Positions 18,101-26,644 are shown, numbered from the stretch's first letter. The stretch: DNA of 58,285 nt from a virus (IMGVR_UViG_3300021961_000113:1-58285); one strand, 5' to 3'. Translations and numbers: made by a program. The notes: a model not told the origin generated them from the sequence alone.

Positions 18101-20075
18101 GATACAGGCGCTCAGGGTCGGGCACAAACATGCCGACGCTTTTATCTAACAACTGGTTGATGCCTCGTGCTTGCGACTTAGGGGCGCCAAGAAACTGTAA
18201 ACCGCTCACCACGGCTCGATCGATCGTGGTTGGCATAGCAGATCGCGGCGTCTCGGTCATTTGCGCAGGCTCGGGCTCGATGCGCCTAAGCAGGTCCTGG
18301 GGCGTTGACCCCATCACGCTCTTGTACCGATTAGCCTCCGCGGCCTCGCGGCGCATACGCTCCTGTGCGGCAGCCTTGGCGGCCATGGGATTGAAGTTGA
18401 ACATCTGCGTGGGATCGCCACCGTCTTGCATGCGAATCAGGCCGCCCTCGGCCTTGTTAAGCAGAGGGGTCGAAGTGTCGTAAGTACCTTCGTTACCAAG
18501 GGCGCTCTTGATAGCGCTGGGGTTGTAGGAAACCACCTCGCTCAAATTGCCATGGCGGTCATAATCCAAGAGCCCGTCATATCCGGCAGCCTTTGCCCTG
18601 CTCTCAACTTCCTTACCAATGTAACCCTTTGTCTCGTACGCACGCTCAACCATCTTGGCGGCTTTCTCGGAATCCATACCCAGCAATTCCAAAGCTTCAA
18701 TCATCGGGTCCTTGTATCTGTCTGGGCTTTTTTGGCGCAATATCAACGGATTCTTAAGCTGAGCGTAAACCGGAAGAACGTACCCGCCCGGAGTCTCGCC
18801 GTAAGTGTTTGCAAGGATAGGTTGCGGCGTTAAATAGGTTCCGGACCCAAGCGCCCCCTCCTTGCTTGGCTTGAATTGTCGGATGGCCTCCTGGCCTTTG
18901 CCGCCCTCGGTTGCGCCTGTCCCGTGGTAAAGGCGCATCTGCACTGCGCTTGGCTCGAGGAACTTGTCTAGGTTGGCCTTGCGCTCCGATGCCGTCAATG
19001 CCTTGGCCACCTTCTTGATGGCGCCACCAGCGGCTTTCTTCTCGTGTTCCTTAATCTCTTCCGCCATCAAATCAGGCGCTGCAACTCCAAGTGCTGCGGC
19101 GACTGCCGAAGACTTTCGGAAGGGATCGAACGCGGCAAAGCGGGACCGGACATTCTCAGGATTCAGGCTGATTGTGTGCTCTTTAGCGATGTTCAGTTGC
19201 TGATTGTTGAACGACGGTGTATGCCGAATCTCGTCAACGCCAAAGTGTTTAAGAAAGTTGGCCGCAGCCACGCCTCCAGAAACGTAATCGTCCGTGTTTG
19301 GGTCGATCAAGACAGTGCTTTGGGCTGATTTCTTGACAGCATTGAACAGATCGCTTGCGCTTACCCTGCCTAATTCGTCACCATAATTTTGAACAAAATC
19401 ATAAATGTCGTTCGGCTCACCGCCTAGCGCCGAAAACTCATCAAGAGCTTTCCTGAATGTCGGCGTACCTTCAGTATCAACGTACCGCTCCGTGGCTTCG
19501 TCAAAGCGCTCAAACGGACCGACCTTCAAGACATCAGCCTCTGGCTTGTCGATATGGACAGACTGATCTGCTCTTACCTTGAGCGGGTAAACGACGCCCA
19601 GGTTCTCTGCGTTAATCGCGTTGCTGGCCAGGACTTCTTGACGCCGAGGCGTTAGGCCCTCTTCTTCCAGAGCGGCAAGCGAAAACTTTGGATAGCGATC
19701 ACGTCTCTCCGCCGACCTCTCGATCTTGGCCTTGGGGTCGGGGCCATAGACGCTTGCGTAATTCAGGCTTGCGTCCTCAGGGTTGCTTGTGGAGTAGACA
19801 CCCTTACCGGCATGGCTTTCAGTCGAAGCCTTCCTAATTTCAAACTTTGGAATATCGTACAACGAGCCGTGGTAAGTGTCCTTGGTAAAACCCATAGCAG
19901 CGGCCCTATCAGCCGCCGTGTTGTTTATAGGTAAACCAAGACCCCCTTTTTCGATCGGCAGTGCTGCGCGAATCCGTGCAAGCTCAAAAGCCTCTTCGCT
20001 GGCCGTGGGCTTCTTCGCGATCTTCTTCGCGGCCTTCTTGGGTAGGTTAGCAGTGAACGGGTTGATCGGCTTCAT
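15123..20075 (-). CDS. Large polyvalent protein: two ART-PolyVal-like ADP-ribosyltransferase domains, an EExQSDW domain and an HhH-GPD-like domain
   Basis: YHG/GVYST/RSRFAAFDP; YHG/GTYLT/GYDG/EVVSYNP; YQLPGGKNYRE/IEEMQSDW; IKGIAGAK...LPTLD; modules separated by xxxGG motifs. Confidence 0.8.
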   Translation of the reverse strand: MKPINPFTANLPKKAAKKIAKKPTASEEAFELARIRAALPIEKGGLGLPINNTAADRAAAMGFTKDTYHGSLYDIPKFEIRKASTESHAGKGVYSTSNPEDASLNYASVYGPDPKAKIERSAERRDRYPKFSLAALEEEGLTPRRQEVLASNAINAENLGVVYPLKVRADQSVHIDKPEADVLKVGPFERFDEATERYVDTEGTPTFRKALDEFSALGGEPNDIYDFVQNYGDELGRVSASDLFNAVKKSAQSTVLIDPNTDDYVSGGVAAANFLKHFGVDEIRHTPSFNNQQLNIAKEHTISLNPENVRSRFAAFDPFRKSSAVAAALGVAAPDLMAEEIKEHEKKAAGGAIKKVAKALTASERKANLDKFLEPSAVQMRLYHGTGATEGGKGQEAIRQFKPSKEGALGSGTYLTPQPILANTYGETPGGYVLPVYAQLKNPLILRQKSPDRYKDPMIEALELLGMDSEKAAKMVERAYETKGYIGKEVESRAKAAGYDGLLDYDRHGNLSEVVSYNPSAIKSALGNEGTYDTSTPLLNKAEGGLIRMQDGGDPTQMFNFNPMAAKAAAQERMRREAAEANRYKSVMGSTPQDLLRRIEPEPAQMTETPRSAMPTTIDRAVVSGLQFLGAPKSQARGINQLLDKSVGMFVPDPERLYHEASEAAKKGDLYELITGPGLEATLGYMPLIGSGAKFAMPAIKAAGREVLRPIDSAMFGQGPLADVLRLSSPMNVTAPVSRLGFYDPVEEAGLNLKRKQGPGQAFLNELQRAENVNKQFLEQSGIAERLRTAPNITREEVQAMTKGAVPEVKEIVLGSNVVPPSVIEFAKVHLPDFNPSNKDSIAKLIQVADQRYQKAMAEGDLDIAEFAEQAETEAKKLASQYESGSKPADRLSKYAEYQLPGGKNYREVLLTVPTQEPRAQFYARKQADGTYEVIEKNGQAPILIDLPDYETAQREIANMFGSGKLQSESVFRGQHWQDPNVVSHIRMNDRTDYNGKKVLFIEEMQSDWAQQGRKHGFKDDPTLEDQFNKLAEEHRNVVAKRSELVVDPQRQDEYKALADRENVLLKEMNKLHDAKQYGPPTGPFIKNTNEWVDLSLKNIIKRAVDEGYDRVAFINGKQSADRYDLANYVDNITWNNKPQNEIYKKYFPEHKSVVINTQNGNPIKLFVTREGIVKSSFDKQFDDKKLDDVVGKDIARKIMADESGSLGGQGLSVGGEGMKKFYDQIVPDRLRKLVGKDNVKHISGAVRDDVPQPLIEYNARRDRYEVFDARSGNSMDWFDTFSDAEDFVAKIESIPVPPQLGFDITPEIREKFSQPIPYKHGGVVKMAAGGAKKLKRAAEAIAKFQDPQATKIQEWQWKPLAEVNQQLKLAEVPDYIQRGYGDFMIEQAKRAASGNLGVRDLIKAYGITQSSIGRGGLSYETATKAGLKVPKGEGLVRPEGAFAEWLGSKQGQKFLDDAERGVVNEKALDDIRAKFAPFGKANQLTEQLRYGVNNMSTLVPKMQQALVGTSDEYRDWAESIKGIAGAKSGFIGSMLGRGDLPTLDARQLNLHALDSPVAPQTMMQRGKGLGAREAVDRLAARQSALGLDIDPSLDPYYQHLAHHAVWDKVADEKTTHEDLMRALRGYKEGGEPDTDAMRLEMMRKSWRSK

Positions 20076-23000
20076 TTGCGCCTCCTCACCATGCCGCCCT
20101 TCTTCTTGCTCAGCTTGACGCCCTGGACGTCGGAGCCTTTGGGCGCGATTAGTAAGGATTCGTAAACGTCGTGAGGCATCTTGCTCGACTTCATGGACAT
20201 GCGCCCAACGATGTCGCCGATCCCGAAAACATCGCCCTGGCTCTTCGGCCTAAGGGTTGGGTTGTCGCCCGTCATGGTATTGAACATTTCGGCAGGCGTG
20301 GCGTACTCAGTGGCCAGCCCGTACTTGTGTCCCATACCCGATTGCTCGATGGCCACGAGGAAGTCTAGGTCCTTGAGGATCGGATCTCCTTCGGTCTCGT
20401 AAAGCTGCTTGCGAACGAGGTTTGACTTGGTGATTGAGCCCTTCTTGCGGTCGCCGATCGTCAGGTCCGTTTCCTTCTCGGCGCTCATCATAGGCCTGCC
20501 GGTCTTCGGGTTGATCAGTACACCAACGTCCTGCATGACCTTCTTGTCCATGACCTCGCCGGTACGCGGGTTCACAAAGGCGCCCGAGTAAAAGTCCGAG
20601 CGCTTCATATTGTTGACCTCGAGGACCTTCTCGACAAGCTTTTGCACGTTCGGGTTGTTCTTGGGATCAAGGAACCACCGGCTAGGCATCGGCAGGAGGT
20701 TGATGCGATCGGGCTGGGACAGCCTGCTTGCGATGTCCATAGTGGGGTCGATGGCCGACGTGATGGTCTGCTTGGCAGGCTTAATAAGGGCCTGGAGACC
20801 GCTTACTATGGCCTTGCCGCCTGCTTGCATCTTCTTGATCTTGCCGCCTTTCTTAAATCCGCGGATGTCCCTCAGATACTGCTGATACTTGCCCATCTCG
20901 TCCATGTACTGCTGATCGACGCGCTGGACCGGGAAGATCTTTTGAGCGGTAGTAATAACCTCGCTTGGCCTGTAGTTCTTGCGCAGGAACTCGATCGTAT
21001 CGGGGTGCGATACCTCGATTGGCGAAAGCTCCTGCTGCCTGCCCAGCATTTTGCCTGGAATGCGGTGCGTGTAGGTTACATGACCAGGGTCAAGGGCAAT
21101 TTGCTCACCAGGGCGAAGCTGGACAATTGAGTGCCCAGTCGTAAACGGCTCGAGATTACGAAGCTCTTCCTCTGATATAGCCCACTCAATCTCCTTGCCG
21201 TCGGGCATGTTCAGCTTTTGGGTAATTGCTGGCGTCTTCATGCGATTGTTAAACCATTTGCGCATGTTCGGATCATTGGTCATCGCGATATAACTGTCCT
21301 CCATATTCTCGATGCCCGGAAAGTCGGGGAAAGGCCCGCCCTTCTTGCCCTCAACGCTTGGATTGCCCTTTCGAATAATCTCATTGAATTGTTGAATGTC
21401 CGCGTCTGACATCAACCCTGACTTAATCCTGTTTTGAATAGCCCGAAGGTTCGCATCCGTGAAATGCTGGGCGTAATTCATGGCATCCGTGCCCATGCCA
21501 AAGTAAGTTCCAAGTATTCGCGTTGGGTCGTAGTCAAACTTCTGAGACTCGCTCATTTTTTCGTAGTATTTCGCCAGCCTATCGACGCGATTTTGCAGGC
21601 CCCTTGACGCGGCTATATTGGACTTCCAGGCGGCCTGAGCATATAAAGGCCGGTCCAACTGGCCAAGACCATACCGAGAACCGCCTTGCTGCAAGGCCCC
21701 AATAGGCTCACCACGAATCGAAGTCAGTATCGTGTCCGAGATACTCTGATCGCCAGGAATCGCGACGTTAATGTCCCCGTACATGGGCTCGACAACCTGA
21801 ACGGGCGGCAATTGCTTGTTTGGCGTTAATTCGTATTCAAGCTGCTTAAGCCTTTCAACCTCAGCCATACTCCTGCCTGCAAGATTTGACGAGGTTTTTC
21901 CGCGGACGTGCTCCCCTAACTGCTGCCGAGCAACCCGTTCAGCAATATCCCGTATTTCCGTATCAGTCTTGGGCGCCGCCCGTGGTATAGAAAAAGGAAC
22001 GCTTGCTTCGGTTTCAGGTTTAACTTTCTTAACCGCTGGCGCTTTCTTTTGCTTAAGGACTTCCTCTAGGTTGGACTGCTTACTGATTTTGGCCAGCGTA
22101 TCCTCAAGCGTTGGCTGGTCCATCTTCGCGATAAGGCGCCTTGCTTCCTCGTCGGGCGACAATACCGACAAACCAGTCTTGCCCTGGAAGCTTTGACCAG
22201 GAAGGGCCTTAAAAGCCTTCGCAGCGGCCTTCTTGCCCAGGCCACCGTCTGCCATGCTTACGAGACCGCCTCGAGCGCCAGCGTTTCGAATGGCCTCCAT
22301 GTCAGCCTGATAATTAGGGTTCAAGGTCGATGCCGCATCCACGCTTGTATCGGTTACGGAGCCGGTGGACGTCATACCGTCCGAAGGCGGCTGAACGACG
22401 GTCGGAGCGGCAGGCGGAACATAAGTCGACAGCTTAGGGGCCAGGGCATTCAGGCGTGCGGTCTTGGCGGCTGCTAATTGATTCTGACGGGCAAGACGAT
22501 CAGCGCCTTGATTGGCAAACTGAGCGGCTCGGTTTTTGGCCATCAGGCTTGAGGCTGCATCCCTCACTACGGACTGCTGTCTCATTTGGCCCAGGCCGGT
22601 CGCTATGGGGTTGATGCCCCTATAAGGAACGCCGCCAGCAGCCATATGCGCAAGGCCGCCTGCTGAATTGTCTGCACGCCACTGGTCGACGCCGCTTGCA
22701 CCCATGCCGTCGTCAGCGTGGGTACCGTCAACATAACCACCGCCTGCATACGGCGCGATGTTGATGATTCTATCGGGCAGCATGTCATAGGACTCGAGCG
22801 GGAATGTGGCCTTGCGCTCAGCCTCATCCATGTTAGCCCGACGCGCTGCTGCCCTGGCCTCAGCTTCGCCCCCAAGCCGGTAGTAGTAGCTATCGGCCGC
22901 CAAATTGTTCAGCAAGACAGGATCGATGGGTCCGCCAGCAGGTCTGAGCGTTTTAAGCGTGTCCTGCTTGATCTCTTGAAAGCTTGGGTGCAAGAAAGCC

Positions 23001-23992
23001 TGCGACCTGTTGCCTCCAGGCGAGAAGCCCTCGATGTCCTGAATGGCATGCTGCATCTCGTGAATGGCTGACAGCCTGGGGCCGTCCTTGATTCCTGGCT
23101 CATAGATGTCGACCTGAAAGCCTTCCTTCGGCGTGCCGGATAGCGAGGCCTTTATTTCGGGCGCTCCCTTCATGGTGCCGTACAGGTTCATCTTCGTACC
23201 GGCAAGCTCGGGATAGGCGGCGTATAGCTCAGGGTGCTTGAAGATCTCTTCAGCCGACCCGCTACGCTGAGACAGGCCAACGGTCGATCCCTTGTCGGAG
23301 ATCTCCTGGCGCCAGTGGCCATCGGGCCCCCGGAATGTACCGGTCTTGGCCCATATGTCCTGGGGCGAAGCTTTGGCCGCTTCCATCTTCGAGGCCTGGA
23401 AGGCTGCCTGCTCGTCCCAAGCCTGGGAGCCTGGGCCAATGAAAAGCTTGCGGGGTGCCACGCCGCTTAGGGCCTTGCTTAATGCGCCGCTCGTATCGCC
23501 AAGCATGGCGTCGTTGATTGCCTTGCCTGCATAGCCCGCAAGGGTCTCGGTCGTGTTCGTGAAGAGCCTGGGTTGCAGGGTCTCCTCGACCGACCTTGGC
23601 TGCCTGGGCATCATGGCCTGGGTCCGCTGGAATTGCTTCATGCGGTTAGCGAGATTGGTGCCTGCTGTACCGGCCGCGGCACCGACCGGGAGCGACCCGA
23701 AAGTCTGGCCCATCTGAGCCGTATGAGCGCGGTCAGGCTGCGTTAAAGGGTTCGGGGTCATGCCTCGTAGGGCGTGGCTCATTTCTTCGCTTGTAGGCCC
23801 TTGTAGGCCCCTTGCAAGCATGGCTGGCATGAAGCCTGCCGTCTTGATGTTGCTCAGCGCCTGGGTAAGATCGCCTGCCGTACCTAAGCTTTCCGCTAAG
23901 GCGCCTCGTACCGCACCGCGGCCCATGTCGGCTAGGCCTTGCATGGCCTGGGGAATGAACGTCGGATTCTTCTGGGCGCGTGGGTTTGGCAT
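20072..23992 (-). CDS. Large polyvalent protein: LPD23 plus zincin metallopeptidase-like domain and unknown modules
   Basis: IWAKTGTFRGPDGHWRQEISD, HPELYAAYP, HEMQH, GEAEAR; modules separated by xxxGG motifs. Confidence 0.8.
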   Translation of the reverse strand: MPNPRAQKNPTFIPQAMQGLADMGRGAVRGALAESLGTAGDLTQALSNIKTAGFMPAMLARGLQGPTSEEMSHALRGMTPNPLTQPDRAHTAQMGQTFGSLPVGAAAGTAGTNLANRMKQFQRTQAMMPRQPRSVEETLQPRLFTNTTETLAGYAGKAINDAMLGDTSGALSKALSGVAPRKLFIGPGSQAWDEQAAFQASKMEAAKASPQDIWAKTGTFRGPDGHWRQEISDKGSTVGLSQRSGSAEEIFKHPELYAAYPELAGTKMNLYGTMKGAPEIKASLSGTPKEGFQVDIYEPGIKDGPRLSAIHEMQHAIQDIEGFSPGGNRSQAFLHPSFQEIKQDTLKTLRPAGGPIDPVLLNNLAADSYYYRLGGEAEARAAARRANMDEAERKATFPLESYDMLPDRIINIAPYAGGGYVDGTHADDGMGASGVDQWRADNSAGGLAHMAAGGVPYRGINPIATGLGQMRQQSVVRDAASSLMAKNRAAQFANQGADRLARQNQLAAAKTARLNALAPKLSTYVPPAAPTVVQPPSDGMTSTGSVTDTSVDAASTLNPNYQADMEAIRNAGARGGLVSMADGGLGKKAAAKAFKALPGQSFQGKTGLSVLSPDEEARRLIAKMDQPTLEDTLAKISKQSNLEEVLKQKKAPAVKKVKPETEASVPFSIPRAAPKTDTEIRDIAERVARQQLGEHVRGKTSSNLAGRSMAEVERLKQLEYELTPNKQLPPVQVVEPMYGDINVAIPGDQSISDTILTSIRGEPIGALQQGGSRYGLGQLDRPLYAQAAWKSNIAASRGLQNRVDRLAKYYEKMSESQKFDYDPTRILGTYFGMGTDAMNYAQHFTDANLRAIQNRIKSGLMSDADIQQFNEIIRKGNPSVEGKKGGPFPDFPGIENMEDSYIAMTNDPNMRKWFNNRMKTPAITQKLNMPDGKEIEWAISEEELRNLEPFTTGHSIVQLRPGEQIALDPGHVTYTHRIPGKMLGRQQELSPIEVSHPDTIEFLRKNYRPSEVITTAQKIFPVQRVDQQYMDEMGKYQQYLRDIRGFKKGGKIKKMQAGGKAIVSGLQALIKPAKQTITSAIDPTMDIASRLSQPDRINLLPMPSRWFLDPKNNPNVQKLVEKVLEVNNMKRSDFYSGAFVNPRTGEVMDKKVMQDVGVLINPKTGRPMMSAEKETDLTIGDRKKGSITKSNLVRKQLYETEGDPILKDLDFLVAIEQSGMGHKYGLATEYATPAEMFNTMTGDNPTLRPKSQGDVFGIGDIVGRMSMKSSKMPHDVYESLLIAPKGSDVQGVKLSKKKGGMVRRRK

Positions 23993-24000
23993 GGTGGTCC

Positions 24001-25434
24001 CTAAACCGCGTAAGGATTGACCCGCCGAGGCCGGTCCTCGGGGTATTGGTCGTCATTATCCGGCGGCGGAGGATCAATGACAAGCCATCCCATGTCTCGC
24101 AGCACGCGCAGGGCCTGGGACGTTGTATCCACGAGGTCGTCATGCCTGACCTCAGGGAAGGCGCAAAGCTGATTGACGAGGGGCTCAGCCCATGACCTGG
24201 GGTGGCCTTCGTTCTTCGTGCTCTCCGGAATATACACCCGACCGGCCTTGATCAGTGGGGCGATCAGGTTGACCCGCTGGACCTTGTCCGCTCCGCCGGG
24301 ATTGTATGACCGACAGGGTATGTGGGCACGCCCCAGGTCCTGGAGGAGGGAGATGCCGGAGGACTTGTCTTCAACCAGAACCATGTCAGTCTTCTTGCCC
24401 TGTCCGAATTCATTGGGGTCGCCATAAACCGTGCCGAAGTCTTCAATTACCCTCTCCTTCAGGTCAGGATATTGCAAGTGCTCCTCCCAGCAATCAATCA
24501 GCATGGCGCAAAAGCCTTTGTCTTCGCTGGGCTTGAAGATCCCCCATACGCTACAGGCTGAGGGGTCGTTGATGGTCTTCTCGGTGTAAGCACCGTCGTA
24601 GGACTGGACCACGAACTCAAAGCGCGGGAATGGCTTCTCCGAGGGCCATAGCTTGATCCAGGCGCGTTTGATGATCCCAGCCTCTTCGGGGTCGATGATC
24701 TCGGCGTGGATCTCCTGGCGGCCAAGGGAAGTGCCCTCGTACTGCAAGATCTGCTGCTTGAACGTCCCGGCAAGGTTGGCAAGGTTGTCGTAGGTCGAAG
24801 CCTGCGTGACGACAACGTCCTCGCCGTCTCGGTTCAGCAGGTCGATGATCAGCGGCTTAGGCTTGGGCGTGGTGGTTACGACGATCCGCGGCTTATCACC
24901 CAGGCGGACCGAGAACATGATCTGGTCCCAGGCTGCATCGAGGTATTCCCAGGCTGCCAACTCGTCGCACCAAGCATGGTGCCACTGCGGACCCCGGAAG
25001 CGCTCAGGCTCCGAGGCCGGTATGCCCTTGATCAGGGAGCCGTTCGTAAGGACGATCTCGTGCAGGCTCCTCGTGTACTTGACCCGGATCTCCTCGGGCA
25101 TGCAGTTAAGCAGGCCTGACTCGCCTTCGATCATCGTGTCGCGGATGTCTGCCGAGGTAGGGCCCGAAATCAAGATGCGGATGTTGGGCGTCGTCCAGGC
25201 TGTATGCCAAACGTCCTCGGCGGCGGTCCTGGTCTTGCCTGCGCCCCTGCCTGCAAGTAGGAGCCATACTGTCCACCAATTGCCCTTAGGCGGGATCTGG
25301 TGCTTGTGCGCCTTCATGAGCCATTTCATCCGGGCTCTGAAGGCTGCCGCTGCTTCTGGAGGTAGCTTCTTTAGCGCCTCCTGGTGCAGGGCAAGCTTGG
25401 CTTCAATCCGCTTGCTTTGACTTGCTGTCAGCAT
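24001..25434 (-). CDS. terL: Terminase large subunit
   Basis: Walker A AGRGAGKT, Walker B AWCDE, TTTP coupling motif, C-terminal nuclease QSYD...HDDLVD. Confidence 0.95.
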   Translation of the reverse strand: MLTASQSKRIEAKLALHQEALKKLPPEAAAAFRARMKWLMKAHKHQIPPKGNWWTVWLLLAGRGAGKTRTAAEDVWHTAWTTPNIRILISGPTSADIRDTMIEGESGLLNCMPEEIRVKYTRSLHEIVLTNGSLIKGIPASEPERFRGPQWHHAWCDELAAWEYLDAAWDQIMFSVRLGDKPRIVVTTTPKPKPLIIDLLNRDGEDVVVTQASTYDNLANLAGTFKQQILQYEGTSLGRQEIHAEIIDPEEAGIIKRAWIKLWPSEKPFPRFEFVVQSYDGAYTEKTINDPSACSVWGIFKPSEDKGFCAMLIDCWEEHLQYPDLKERVIEDFGTVYGDPNEFGQGKKTDMVLVEDKSSGISLLQDLGRAHIPCRSYNPGGADKVQRVNLIAPLIKAGRVYIPESTKNEGHPRSWAEPLVNQLCAFPEVRHDDLVDTTSQALRVLRDMGWLVIDPPPPDNDDQYPEDRPRRVNPYAV

Positions 25435-25846
25435 TCTGGCGGATGCCGGTCAATTCATCGATCAGAGATTGTGCGACGTCCATTACTACGTCTACTTGCA
25501 TGGGACCTTCATCCTTGCCGGTGACCTCGTGCTTAGTCCGGTCGGTGTAGTCCTTGGGGAATCTTGCGGCCATCGAGCGGGACCAGAGCGAAGTATTCAG
25601 AGTCACGCCATCCTTGGTCTGCTTCAGGTGATCCTGGGCTATGTCCTCCCACCATTGCAGGGCTAGTTCCTCTGCATACTCTATGGCGTTTAGAAATTCT
25701 TCGTGGACGGAGCACCAAGTCCACATAGTCTTCCTCGTCACCCCTATGGTCGCGGCGATCTGGGCCTTGCTCTTACCTTGGCGGCCCATCTCAATAACCA
25801 GTTCGCAATATTCGGGCTTATAGTCGGTCGGTCTTCCTGCTGGCAT
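25403..25846 (-). CDS. terS: Terminase small subunit
   Basis: GRPTDYKPEYC N-terminus, HTH, EVTGKDEGP C-terminus; overlaps terL. Confidence 0.85.
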   Translation of the reverse strand: MPAGRPTDYKPEYCELVIEMGRQGKSKAQIAATIGVTRKTMWTWCSVHEEFLNAIEYAEELALQWWEDIAQDHLKQTKDGVTLNTSLWSRSMAARFPKDYTDRTKHEVTGKDEGPMQVDVVMDVAQSLIDELTGIRQNADSKSKQAD

Positions 25847-25863
25847 TCTGATTTTCCTTCAAA

Positions 25864-25876
25864 AATCAAGCACTTA
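25864..25876 (+). promoter_or_regulatory. IHF consensus site upstream of terS
   Basis: AATCAAGCACTTA matches WATCAANNNNTTR exactly. Confidence 0.5.
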
Positions 25877-25891
25877 CCTTTAGGATACACG

Positions 25892-25916
25892 AAAAAAACC
25901 CCCTGTGGAAGGGGGT
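25892..25916 (-). terminator. Rho-independent terminator closing the leftward early/middle operon
   Basis: ACCCCCT-TCCAC-AGGGGGT followed by a T run on the minus strand. Confidence 0.85.
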
Positions 25917-25966
25917 AACGTCGTGAGGGGAAGAACCCACAACCAGGAGACACACAGAAAACGCCT

Positions 25967-26191
25967 CTATTGTACCTCCGCTTCGGGCTGCTTGTACATC
26001 CTCATCCTGATCAGGTCCGACACGCCGAACATGCCCACCGGCTCGGCCAGGGTTGCGCAGACTTCCCGCTCCTCGTCGAGTAGCTGCTGGACATAGGCGG
26101 TTAGCTTGTCGATGTTGAAGGCGTACTGCTTACCCTTGATCTGCTTGCTCTTCAGGGTTGCGATGATCTGATCTCTTAGCTCTTCGTTCAT
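25967..26191 (-). CDS. Hypothetical protein
   Basis: Start MNEELRDQ with ATGA overlap; EREVCA motif. Confidence 0.65.
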   Translation of the reverse strand: MNEELRDQIIATLKSKQIKGKQYAFNIDKLTAYVQQLLDEEREVCATLAEPVGMFGVSDLIRMRMYKQPEAEVQ

Positions 26192-26370
26192 GCTTCTTCC
26201 TTTACTTTCGGTGATCGTTCTTCGGTCCAGAATTCCTCTTCGCACTGCTTGCACTTGTGGCGGCGCTCTACGAAGTAATAATGCCTTTCGGGGTTCCAGA
26301 ATGTTCGGGTCTCGAGGATCTTGGTCTTGTACCCCTGACCCTTTGGGGTTCGGCAGTAGGGGCAGATCAT
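26188..26370 (-). CDS. Zinc-ribbon protein (NrdR-N / Ogr-Delta-like), possible late transcription activator
   Basis: MICPYC...TKILETR...RRHKCKQC...FWTEE. Confidence 0.65.
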   Translation of the reverse strand: MICPYCRTPKGQGYKTKILETRTFWNPERHYYFVERRHKCKQCEEEFWTEERSPKVKEEA

Positions 26371-26401
26371 GCTCACCCCTTCGGTTGTTCGTAGTTCATT
26401 G

Positions 26402-26644
26402 TCACCTCTGCGGGTTAAAGCCAAGCCGACGCATACCCAATTCGATGAGCATTGCGGCGTCCTCAAGGCGATTTTGACTGCTGCTCATGCCGGTCTGCCA
26501 TTCGCCGCCTACGCGTTTGCCGACAATAGCAACCGTGACGACCTCCCCGGACTTGGCGTCTTCCAGCCATTGCTCCAGCATGTTTATGACATCAGAGTTG
26601 TCAGGGGTTGTAGCCTTGATGAACGGTTTGATGTTGCCTGTCAT
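26402..26644 (-). CDS. Hypothetical protein
   Basis: Start MTGNIKPF after GGAG; LE.AKSGE motif. Confidence 0.65.
   Translation of the reverse strand: MTGNIKPFIKATTPDNSDVINMLEQWLEDAKSGEVVTVAIVGKRVGGEWQTGMSSSQNRLEDAAMLIELGMRRLGFNPQR

Noticed and set aside
19940-19960. IEKGG as another GG tag (also YQQGG in the MCP and LPGG in the EExQSDW domain)
   Set aside because: These lie within conserved domain motifs rather than at boundaries, so they were not counted.
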